Below, in pieces: positions 46,502 to 53,974 of a DNA stretch of 64,000 nt. Positions within the stretch are counted from its first letter, which is position 1; each line of letters begins with the position of its first letter. The stretch is taken from positions 5,576 to 69,575 of the forward strand of contig JAZDKI010000021.1 of the NCBI GenBank assembly GCA_043803165.1, read 5' to 3'. The notes under the pieces were generated by a model. The model was not told where the DNA came from and did not search any database. It saw nothing but the letters and a program-made list of their open reading frames with translations. The translations under genes and the position numbers were made by a program. This DNA is from Candidatus Micrarchaeota archaeon (lineage in GTDB: Archaea; Micrarchaeota; Micrarchaeia; Anstonellales; Bilamarchaeaceae).

Positions 46502-47018
46502 CGCCGATATGGAACGAGTTCAGAAGGGTGGAATAAAAAGGCGGGTCGACACGCCTCATTTCCGCGATGCGGTTTTCGGTGAGGGTGATCAGGCTCACCT
46601 CTCCGGCTCCGGTCGCCTGCTTGATAAGTCCGCGTATCTCGCTCGTGGATTCGGCGCCCGGCTCCTTATCCACCTTCACCCAGACATCGAGGTCGCTCGC
46701 TTCGGTGTTAGCGCCTTTGGCCCAGCTCCCGAAGACTCCGAAACCTTTCACGCCGAGCCTGCGGATCCTCGCCCATGCCGCGACCAGTCTGTCGATATTG
46801 AATATCAGCCTAAGCGCCTGGATGCGTGGATCAGCGCTCGCCCGCCCATTTTCCAAGAGCCTTTCCTTAGACATCTTTTTCATCAGGGTGGACACGTATC
46901 CTGGATTCATGCCGAGCTCCTTGGCCGATGACCTTACCCTTGCCGGCTCGGAAGAGTAAAGCAGGCGTTCGAGCAGGCGAATCTTTTTTTCGGTCGCTAT
47001 CAGGCGTAATGTTTGCAT
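46485..47018 (-). CDS. minimal nucleotidyltransferase (MNT) with N-terminal winged-helix DNA-binding domain
   Basis: GSWAKGANTEASDLDVWV = GS-x9-13-DxD nucleotidyltransferase motif; N-terminal HTH (SAKELGMNPGYVSTLMKKM). Start at ATG 47018 (MQTLRL). Confidence 0.75.
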   Translation of the reverse strand: MQTLRLIATEKKIRLLERLLYSSEPARVRSSAKELGMNPGYVSTLMKKMSKERLLENGRASADPRIQALRLIFNIDRLVAAWARIRRLGVKGFGVFGSWAKGANTEASDLDVWVKVDKEPGAESTSEIRGLIKQATGAGEVSLITLTENRIAEMRRVDPPFYSTLLNSFHIGGEKID

Positions 47019-47075
47019 AAAACAAACATAACGTTTGTTATTAATAAACATATCGTTTGTTTTTAACAAACAGAG
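47019..47075 (-). promoter_or_regulatory. promoter/operator with nested inverted repeats (AACAAAC-N5-GTTTGTT; AAACA-TATC-GTTTGTTTTT-AACAAAC) upstream of the MNT-HEPN operon
   Basis: read directly: aaacaaacataacgtttgttattaataaacatatcgtttgtttttaacaaacagag lies immediately 5' of ATG 47018. Confidence 0.5.
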
Positions 47076-47085
47076 ATGTTCAATC

Positions 47086-47565
47086 CTAATGCCTTCCGAA
47101 AATCAGGAAGCCGATCGCAGGCACGAACATCACGACGAGGGCGATGTGGAAGAGCGTGTGCGCGAGATCCAGGAATGCGTGCGTGATGAAGACCGTCACC
47201 GAGTTGTTGCCGTCCAGCCTGGAGAATGTCCTCTTGAAGAAGCCCATCACGATTATGATCGGGATAGCGAGCATCAGCACAAGGAAAGCCGAGGTTATGC
47301 CCGGCGTCTTGAGGAACGCCACGATGCGCTCGACATTGTTGTCCCAGACGAAGTAGCCTATCGAGATCAGCCCCAGGAAAAGCAGGGCGAAATCCGCCAC
47401 CCTTCCGCTCTCGGGATAGAGCCCCTTGGTGTATTCGTCGGATATCAGCTTGACCGAGCGCGGGACCTCCCAGACGATGAAGGCTATCACCAGCAGTGCG
47501 CTGAACGAGTCGAACATGGGTATGTTTATCAGGTTGAAGAAGTCAGCGAGCATCGTGTTTGGCAT
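47086..47565 (-). CDS. hypothetical membrane protein (4 TM)
   Basis: Hydrophobic helices throughout. The antisense + ORF 47035..47586 is judged spurious. Confidence 0.5.
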   Translation of the reverse strand: MPNTMLADFFNLINIPMFDSFSALLVIAFIVWEVPRSVKLISDEYTKGLYPESGRVADFALLFLGLISIGYFVWDNNVERIVAFLKTPGITSAFLVLMLAIPIIIVMGFFKRTFSRLDGNNSVTVFITHAFLDLAHTLFHIALVVMFVPAIGFLIFGRH

Positions 47566-47677
47566 GGGATTTTCTTATCAGGGTAGGCATTAAAAAACGA
47601 TGCGCAAGCCTGCCGAAGTAGGGATAGACGTTTGACGAAATGAATAAAAACCTGACATGGCCATAGGGACTGCGCGG

Positions 47678-47708
47678 GTGGATATTTGGAAAAAGTCAAA
47701 ATGGAGAT
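47678..47708 (+). repeat. 31-nt direct repeat, copy 1 (gtggatatttggaaaaagtcaaaatggagat)
   Basis: 30/31 identical to copy 2 at 47745-47775. Both end in ATGGAGAT, i.e. they duplicate the start region of the XRE regulator gene. Confidence 0.85.
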
Positions 47709-47742
47709 GCCCTTGAACAGGGTTCAAGTATCTCCATTTTTT
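47698..47742 (+). terminator. near-perfect hairpin (11-bp stem AAAATGGAGAT/ATCTCCATTTT enclosing 7-bp stem CTTGAAC-AGG-GTTCAAG) followed by T6
   Basis: read directly; resembles an intrinsic terminator/attenuator placed between the two direct repeats, immediately upstream of the regulator ORF. Confidence 0.45.
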
Positions 47743-47744
47743 GG

Positions 47745-47775
47745 GTGAATATTTGGAAAAAGTCAAAATGGAGAT
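47745..47775 (+). repeat. 31-nt direct repeat, copy 2 (gtgaatatttggaaaaagtcaaaatggagat)
   Basis: see copy 1. Confidence 0.85.
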
Positions 47776-48442
47776 AGCCGGCGAGATTTCCCTTTCCGAC
47801 GATCCTGGGGCGACCATGAGGAAATGGCGCGAGATATTCAGCATCTCGCAGGTCGAATTAGCCAAACACCTGGGGATAACGGTGTCCACCATCAGCGATT
47901 ACGAGGGCAACCGGAGGAAGTCGCCTGGGACCGGCGTGATAAAGAGGTTCGTCAACTCGCTTTTCGATATCGATATGGCCAAGGGCGGGGGCATCTCCCA
48001 GAAGTTCCGCGAGAAGGAGAAGCCGGTGAGCGAGTATTTCGAGGTCCACGAGTTCGCAAGGTCCATCCCCTTGAAGGATTTCGTGGACCTGATAGGGGGA
48101 AAAGTCATAACCAACCCGGACCTGCTGGATTCCAAGAAGATATACGGCTACACGCTGATCGACAGCATCAAGGTCATATTGGACATGCCGTTCTCGTATT
48201 TCCAGAACCTCTATGGCAATGTCAATGAGAGGGTCTTCATATTCACGGGGGTCAGCACGGGCAGGAGCCCGTTGGTAGTCGTTCGCGTCAGTTCGTCAAA
48301 GCCGTCGGCGGTGGTGCTCCACAACATCGACCCGGCCAAAGTGGACAAGCTCGCGGTCAAGATATCAGAGCGGGAGCGCATCCCGATGATAGCGACCAAC
48401 ATGTCTATAGAGAAGATAAAGGAAGCGCTGAACCGGATCTGA
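47768..48442 (+). CDS. XRE-family helix-turn-helix transcriptional regulator with C-terminal domain (archaeal COG1395-like)
   Basis: HTH_XRE: MRKWREIFSISQVELAKHLGITVSTISDYEGNRRKSP. Start at ATG 47768 (MEIAGE); ORF-track TTG start 47741 lies inside the repeat. Confidence 0.7.
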   Translation: MEIAGEISLSDDPGATMRKWREIFSISQVELAKHLGITVSTISDYEGNRRKSPGTGVIKRFVNSLFDIDMAKGGGISQKFREKEKPVSEYFEVHEFARSIPLKDFVDLIGGKVITNPDLLDSKKIYGYTLIDSIKVILDMPFSYFQNLYGNVNERVFIFTGVSTGRSPLVVVRVSSSKPSAVVLHNIDPAKVDKLAVKISERERIPMIATNMSIEKIKEALNRI

Positions 48443-48446
48443 TCCT

Positions 48447-48863
48447 TCAAGCCTCTTTCCTGCGGACGAGCCAGTAATAGATGAAGGAACCGAAGCCGAG
48501 CGCGAGCCATATCAGGGCGAGCCGCTTTACCTTCTCCCCGCTGGTATCCTTCCTGGAGAAGACATCGAAGGAGCAGACGGCCGCACAGAGGAATGCGAGG
48601 GGGCCGCAGGCCAGGATTCCGACCATCACGATGATGCCGAAGAAAGACTGGGCTGTGAAGCACAATTCAGACATCGCATCCATCAGGCCCGCCGGACCGC
48701 TGCCGGATGGCGGAGCGGAAGGCTCGCATGTGCAGGCGGTCCCCGCGCCGAGCAGGCTGCAGACCAGAAGCGGGGTCAGGACATATGCGAGAATCCCCAA
48801 GAATGCCACTATCGGAAACAGAAGCGAGACGAATGCCGCCCATTTGACGTGTTTCTTCTCCAT
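48447..48863 (-). CDS. hypothetical membrane protein (4 TM, Cys-rich loops)
   Basis: Start at ATG 48863 (MEKKHVKW); the ORF-track extension to 49034 overlaps pyrG. Confidence 0.45.
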   Translation of the reverse strand: MEKKHVKWAAFVSLLFPIVAFLGILAYVLTPLLVCSLLGAGTACTCEPSAPPSGSGPAGLMDAMSELCFTAQSFFGIIVMVGILACGPLAFLCAAVCSFDVFSRKDTSGEKVKRLALIWLALGFGSFIYYWLVRRKEA

Positions 48864-48915
48864 GGGATTGCTTCCCCCATCAAACATTAAAAAGATATGA
48901 CCACAAAATAGTCCT

Positions 48916-50565
48916 ATGCCAGAGAAAAAGACGAGGTTCATAGTGATCGCCGGCTCGATAATGTCCGGCTTGGGAAAGGGGATCGTTTCTTCTTCTATCG
49001 CAAAGATCCTCCAGGCGAGAGGATACAAGGTCATGCAGGTGAAATTCGACGGCTACCTTAACGTCGACTGCGGGACCATGAACCCCTACCGCCATGGCGA
49101 GGTCTTCGTGCTGGATGACGGGACCGAGGTGGATCTGGATTTCGGGACCTATGAGAGGTTCCTGAACATCTCCCTGCCGGGGACCTGCTCGATTACCGGG
49201 GGCAAATTATTCCAGAAGATCATCGAGAAGGAGCGCAAGGGCGAATTCCTCGGGAGGGACGTGCAGTTCGTCCCGCATCTGACCAACGAGATAAAGGACC
49301 GCATCAAGGCGGTGGGGAAGGACAACGCCGCAGACATCGTGATAGTCGAGGTCGGCGGGACCGTCGGCGATCTGGAAAACGGGTATTTCATCGAAGCTAT
49401 GCGCCAGCTGCATTTCGAGCAGGATTCGATGGCTTTCGTGCAGCTCACATATGTCCCGAGCATGAGCCCGGGCGAGCAGAAGACCAAGCCGACCCAGCAT
49501 GCGACACGGCTTTTGCAGAGCCTGGGGATACAGCCGGACATCATAATCACGAGGGAGCAGGAGAAGCTCGGCGAGGAGTCTAAGAAGAAGATAAGCCTGT
49601 ACTGCAACGTGCCGGAGGATGCGGTCTTCGACGACCCGATGCTGCCCTCCGTCTATGAGCTCCCGCTCATCCTGGAGAAGCAGGGGATATACAAGGTATT
49701 GGCGAGGCGGCTGGGGCTTCCTGAAGGCAAGGAAGCCGATTTCAAGGAATGGCATAAGTGCGTGAACAGGATCAACCAGCCCAAAGACAGGCCTCTGCGG
49801 ATCGCGATAGTGGGAAAATACACCGCCGTCAAAGACGCTTATATCAGCGTGAAAGAGGCGCTTGTCCACGGTGCGGCCGCGGTCAATTCCGGATTGGAGA
49901 TATCCTGGATCGAAGCCAGCGATTTGGAGAAGCTTTATGACACGGCAGAGGCGCTCTCGTCTTATGACGGCATCGTGGTGCCCGGCGGGTTCGGGGATAG
50001 GGGGATCGAAGGGAAGATAATGGCGATAAGGTACGCGAGGGAGAATCGGGTGCCGTATCTCGGCCTTTGCCTCGGCTTGCAGCTCATGGTCGTGGAATAT
50101 GCGAGGAACGTCTGCGGGATGGCGGGGGCGAACTCCACCGAGTTCGACAAGAAGACCGCGCATCCGGTCGTGGACATGCTCCCCGAGCAGCACCAGATCT
50201 CCAGGATGGGCGGCACCATGAGGCTGGGCGCCTACGAGGCGGTGCTGAAGAAGGGGACGATCGCTTTCAAGGCTTATGGAACGGAGAAGATATCGGAGAG
50301 GCACAGGCACAGATACGAGGTGAATCCCGCGTATGCGAAAGCCCTCGAGGACAAGGGGCTTGTGATATCCGGAACGCATCCGAAGAACAATATCGTGGAG
50401 ATCGTCGAATGGAAGGCGTCCTTCGGAGTGGCGACGCAGCCGCATATAGAACTGAAAAGCAGGCTGGAGGAGCCGGGCCCGCTGTTCGTGGAGTTCATGA
50501 AGGCCGCCAAATCCTACCGGGAGAAGCCGTCGAAATCGGCAGGGGAGAGCCAGACCGACAATTGA
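48916..50565 (+). CDS. pyrG: CTP synthase
   Basis: N-terminal synthetase domain (GSIMSGLGKGI) and C-terminal GATase domain (LGLCLGLQ, HRHRYEVN). Confidence 0.95.
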   Translation: MPEKKTRFIVIAGSIMSGLGKGIVSSSIAKILQARGYKVMQVKFDGYLNVDCGTMNPYRHGEVFVLDDGTEVDLDFGTYERFLNISLPGTCSITGGKLFQKIIEKERKGEFLGRDVQFVPHLTNEIKDRIKAVGKDNAADIVIVEVGGTVGDLENGYFIEAMRQLHFEQDSMAFVQLTYVPSMSPGEQKTKPTQHATRLLQSLGIQPDIIITREQEKLGEESKKKISLYCNVPEDAVFDDPMLPSVYELPLILEKQGIYKVLARRLGLPEGKEADFKEWHKCVNRINQPKDRPLRIAIVGKYTAVKDAYISVKEALVHGAAAVNSGLEISWIEASDLEKLYDTAEALSSYDGIVVPGGFGDRGIEGKIMAIRYARENRVPYLGLCLGLQLMVVEYARNVCGMAGANSTEFDKKTAHPVVDMLPEQHQISRMGGTMRLGAYEAVLKKGTIAFKAYGTEKISERHRHRYEVNPAYAKALEDKGLVISGTHPKNNIVEIVEWKASFGVATQPHIELKSRLEEPGPLFVEFMKAAKSYREKPSKSAGESQTDN

Positions 50566-50596
50566 GTTTTTAACCGTAGCTGGCGAATCAGCCCCT

Positions 50597-51379
50597 ATGA
50601 AAAACGCGCTTATGGTTTCGGCATTGCTTCTCCTGTCCGTATGCTCTTTCGCCATCACTGCGTCGGATTACGAGAACCGGGCATACTGCTACGAGGCGAT
50701 GCAGGATGAGGCATCGAGGCTCAAGTCGTTGAACAACGGCCAGGACCTGGATTCCGGCTCGTTATATGTCTCGTATTGGGGATGTGTCGGGACCTGCGCG
50801 GACAGGCTGGATATGTGCGAGGTCGAATCCAACACGGCATACCAGTCCTGCGTGGCTGCGGCGAACGTGGATGGGATGACCGGCGCGGAAGGGACAGCCT
50901 GCATAAAGGCGAGCAACCAGAGGAGCCTGACCTGCGCGAACTATGAGATAGACTGCTGCATGATAGACGAGAAGACCAAATGCGACACCCTCCCCTCATC
51001 GCAGCAGGGCGAGATCGACTGCGTGGATGAATGGGGCGGATACGCCACGGATTATTACGGTGAATGCACCTGCATAGAGGGCGCCTTCAAGAACGAATAT
51101 ATCCACCAGTGCGTCCCGAACACGGTCTACGGCTCCTGCGATGAGCGCAACGCGGAATATGACCCTCAGACAGATAGCTGCGTTTGCTTTGAAGGCTATT
51201 ATGTCAGCGGGGATGCCTGCGTCTCCGGGGACGGCACGTCCGGCGGGAACGGCGGAAGCATCGGACGGCCGGATTCTGACGGGACGCAGGGAAGCGGGAC
51301 GACAGGATCGAGCGGGGGCTGCTCATCGGCTGCGATTTTGCTCCTCTTAGGCGGGCTCGATTTCGTTTCAAGACGATGA
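50597..51379 (+). CDS. secreted Cys-rich protein with Gly/Ser/Thr linker and short C-terminal hydrophobic anchor + RR
   Basis: Signal peptide MKNALMVSALLLLSVCSFA; >25 Cys in EGF-like spacing; tail GSGTTGSSGGCSSAAILLLLGGLDFVSRR. Confidence 0.55.
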   Translation: MKNALMVSALLLLSVCSFAITASDYENRAYCYEAMQDEASRLKSLNNGQDLDSGSLYVSYWGCVGTCADRLDMCEVESNTAYQSCVAAANVDGMTGAEGTACIKASNQRSLTCANYEIDCCMIDEKTKCDTLPSSQQGEIDCVDEWGGYATDYYGECTCIEGAFKNEYIHQCVPNTVYGSCDERNAEYDPQTDSCVCFEGYYVSGDACVSGDGTSGGNGGSIGRPDSDGTQGSGTTGSSGGCSSAAILLLLGGLDFVSRR

Positions 51380-51446
51380 TTTTCCGGTCTATCCCGAACC
51401 TTGTCTACTGTTTCTGTCCCCCATGCATAAATGACATTTCAATTCC

Positions 51447-51998
51447 TTAATTCTTTCCGACAATCAGTATTCCGTCATATGTTTTATTGTGATATATTTT
51501 TGGTATGAAAATAAGGTTATATTCTCCTTTCGGGAAAGTGTCTTTTTCCATTGTGAACCAGATTTTTCCCTGGCGGGTTGTACCTGGGGCTAAACTGTCG
51601 TTTACATAAGTACAGTCGATTATCTCGCTAATATTTTGACAACTATCGCAAAAATTCTCTACCGGCCAATATGTTTTTCCCCTACTGTCGACTAAATATT
51701 CAAAATCCAATGAACAGATATCTATTCCTGTTTCATTCCCAACATTCTCAACAATTAAGTCAAAAGCGACAAAGTTCTCATAATCTCGGTGTCCTTCAAG
51801 AACTGAGTAACAATCAAAACATCTTACTTCAGACATATTGCCGACAAATATCTCATACTCGTTTAAGTTAAAACTTTTATCTACCGAGTAGGTCGGACAG
51901 TTATTATCCTCACAAACATTTGCATCAAACTGTGTACCAGTACATCCGAGTGTCAAAACCGTTAAACCTAAACATAAAATTAGTATGTGGCTTTGCAT
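51447..51998 (-). CDS. putative lipoprotein in low-GC islet (DUF4352-like?)
   Basis: Signal/lipobox LILCLGLTVLTLGCTG. Gene and flanks (51380-52165) are ~38-40 % GC versus ~58-60 % elsewhere. Adjacent to the tRNA-Val 3' end. Confidence 0.5.
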   Translation of the reverse strand: MQSHILILCLGLTVLTLGCTGTQFDANVCEDNNCPTYSVDKSFNLNEYEIFVGNMSEVRCFDCYSVLEGHRDYENFVAFDLIVENVGNETGIDICSLDFEYLVDSRGKTYWPVENFCDSCQNISEIIDCTYVNDSLAPGTTRQGKIWFTMEKDTFPKGEYNLIFIPKIYHNKTYDGILIVGKN

Positions 51999-52165
51999 GT
52001 CCTTATTTCATCACACTTATTATTAAGGGGTTTTGTGTGACTGCCATAAATATGTCAGACCGCACGTAGGGTTTAGTTACGGGTTTTGAGCTCTCCATCG
52101 CGGCAGAAACTCAGGCGTAAAAGTCCAAAACTAGAGACCCGAAACTGGACACCAAAAGGAAAGAT

Positions 52166-52291
52166 TGGGCCTGCGCGGAATCGAACCGCGTATCTCCTGC
52201 ATGTCAAGCAGGCGTCTTAACCATTGTCGTTCCCCCATACTCGGGGTTTTGGGCCGCCTTTTCCTAAAAGGCGGAAGTCGACTACAGGCCC
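52166..52291 (-). tRNA. tRNA-Val (anticodon GAC) with ~50-nt intron in the D-loop (non-canonical position); CCA not encoded
   Basis: Minus-strand read: 5' exon GGGCCTG-TA-GTCG (7-bp acceptor pairs perfectly with CAGGCCC at the 3' end). 3' exon gives D-loop AATGGTTA, D-stem AGAC, anticodon arm CCTGC-TTGACAT-GCAGG (T33, GAC, A37), variable loop AGATA, T-arm CGCGG-TTCGATT-CCGCG, discriminator A. A TATA box ggtataaaatcc (rc of 52319-52330) sits ~30 nt upstream. Confidence 0.65.
52226..52278 (-). other. tRNA-Val intron (approx.; exact junctions ambiguous because CGAC is repeated at both exon-intron boundaries)
   Basis: Intervening sequence ACTTCCGCCTTTTAGGAAAAGGCGGCCCAAAACCCCGAGTATGGGGGAACGAC contains two internal hairpins (CCGCCTTTT/AAAAGGCGG and CCCC/GGGG). 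Confidence 0.55.
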
Positions 52292-52318
52292 TTGGATAAA
52301 AAAGGAACTGTTGGCAAC

Positions 52319-52330
52319 GGATTTTATACC
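52319..52330 (-). promoter_or_regulatory. TATA box ggtataaaatcc for tRNA-Val
   Basis: Located ~30 nt upstream of the tRNA 5' end at 52291. Confidence 0.55.
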
Positions 52331-52466
52331 TTGACTTTTTTTCGGGATCTGCCGGCCGCCGCCGGATGCCACCGGAGGGCACATCAGAGGAATCGAAGCG
52401 CCCGACGGCACCTGTATTTCCTGAGAAGGAAAGAAAATATCGGTCACCTGAGTTAATAGATGGCAC

Positions 52467-53666
52467 CTAGAACATCGAGGACTTGCCCTCGACTATCCTC
52501 TGCGTCACGTCGGTTATGTTCTCGAGCCGGTTGTCCATATCCCGCCTCACGACCGACTTCAGGCGTTCGAACTCCGAATCCTTCACGATCAAAGACACCG
52601 AGGCCACCTTCGGCTGGTCGATGGGCTTGCCGATCTGGGAGAGCAGGGTTATCGCGAGGTCCTCGATATCCGGATTCTCCTTGGATATCGATGCAGCGAT
52701 ATCGCTTGCCATCACGGAGTAGATCTTCCCGACGTGGTTGACCGGGTTCTTCCCCGCCGCCGCTTCCATGGTCATCGAGCGCATGGGGGTTATCAGGCCG
52801 TTGACGCGGTTGCCTCGCCCGACGCTCCCGTCATCGCCCATCTCGGCGCTGGTCCCGGTGAGGGTGATATAGACGGACCCGTTTGGCACGTCATCGGCGG
52901 TGTTCACGAAGATGTCGACCTGCTTTTTCGTGAACTTGGCCGCGAGCCGGATCAGGTCATCCCTGAGCCGGTCCTTGTTTTTGGCATACGCGCTGATATC
53001 AGGGGTGTGTTTCGATACGAATGCGCAGGCGACCGTCAGCCTTATCTTGTCCTTTTCCCGGCAGCCCATGACCTTGATGTCTGACCCGACCTCAGGGTGC
53101 GCCTTCTTGTATTCTGGCGAGTTCAAGTGCCTTTCGCTCTCCAAGACCACGCGCTCGAGGTCCGTGAACGGGGCGAAGCCGGTCCCGAAAGATGTGTCGT
53201 TCGAGAGGGGGATCTTCGGCCCTCGCAGGAAAAGGTCCACCAAGTCGCTCGATCCTGTCGAGATCCTGGATTCGAACTCCACATCGTCCTCGGCATTCAG
53301 GTTCGGCACAGCGTGCTTCAGGTATTTGTGCGCGGCCTCCAGGGCTATGTGATGCACCGGGAACGTCTTGCCGTTCGCCTTCTCTGTCGCGCGGCCGCTG
53401 AGCAGGATGTATATAGGCTTGGTGAACATGCCCCCGCCGAACTCGACCTTCGTCCCCCCGCCGCATATCTGGCCCTTGTCGACGTTATGATGCAGTATCT
53501 TGCCGAACTCCGCCAGATACGCCTTGCTGAGCTCCCTGCTTATCTCTTCCATGATGCCATCGATGAGGCTGTCGGGGTGCCCAAGGCCTTTCCTCTCTAC
53601 GATCTCGACTTCCCTCTGCGCCACCGGCGTGTAATCCCCCTTCTCGACGATGATGTTGCGTTCCAT
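52467..53666 (-). CDS. mat: S-adenosylmethionine synthetase, archaeal type
   Basis: ~399 aa; [11 protein letters not shown]..., [17 protein letters not shown] are characteristic of archaeal MAT (unrelated to bacterial MetK). Confidence 0.9.
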   Translation of the reverse strand: MERNIIVEKGDYTPVAQREVEIVERKGLGHPDSLIDGIMEEISRELSKAYLAEFGKILHHNVDKGQICGGGTKVEFGGGMFTKPIYILLSGRATEKANGKTFPVHHIALEAAHKYLKHAVPNLNAEDDVEFESRISTGSSDLVDLFLRGPKIPLSNDTSFGTGFAPFTDLERVVLESERHLNSPEYKKAHPEVGSDIKVMGCREKDKIRLTVACAFVSKHTPDISAYAKNKDRLRDDLIRLAAKFTKKQVDIFVNTADDVPNGSVYITLTGTSAEMGDDGSVGRGNRVNGLITPMRSMTMEAAAGKNPVNHVGKIYSVMASDIAASISKENPDIEDLAITLLSQIGKPIDQPKVASVSLIVKDSEFERLKSVVRRDMDNRLENITDVTQRIVEGKSSMF

Positions 53667-53718
53667 AAAATCAGCGGGATAGGGACGCGGGGGCGCTTAT
53701 TAATAATTGTTGAAAAGA

Positions 53719-53970
53719 TTATTCCGAATGGAATAGATGGTGCCTCTCCCAGCTGCCTTCTTCCGGGGGCTCGCCTATCAGGTAGAATGCCTGCCTGGCG
53801 ATGTTTCGGACGGTATAGCAGGGGTCGTGCTCTGAGACGTAGTGCAGGCAGAGCCTGGCCAGATGCGCATCATGGCGGTGCATGTGCGCCTTGAGGGCGA
53901 TTATCGCCCTTTTCCTCTTCATGACGCTCTTCTCGGAGAGCTGCTGGATCAGGATGTGGAGTTCGTCCAT
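53719..53970 (-). CDS. hypothetical small protein (83 aa, His-rich, possibly HEAT/PBS-lyase-like repeat)
   Basis: ORF between the 474-aa hypothetical and mat on the same strand. Confidence 0.35.
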   Translation of the reverse strand: MDELHILIQQLSEKSVMKRKRAIIALKAHMHRHDAHLARLCLHYVSEHDPCYTVRNIARQAFYLIGEPPEEGSWERHHLFHSE

Positions 53971-53974
53971 AGGA

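Noticed and set aside
47035-47586. 183-aa + strand ORF rich in His/Glu/Arg
   Set aside because: It is completely antisense to a hydrophobic 4-TM protein gene (47086..47565 -) whose translation is much more protein-like, and its start sits in the operator region.
51380-51470. att-site direct repeat of the tRNA-Val 3' end at the far border of the low-GC islet
   Set aside because: Only a 6-nt CGAACC match (51395) to the tRNA T-arm was seen by eye; insufficient to call an attachment site.
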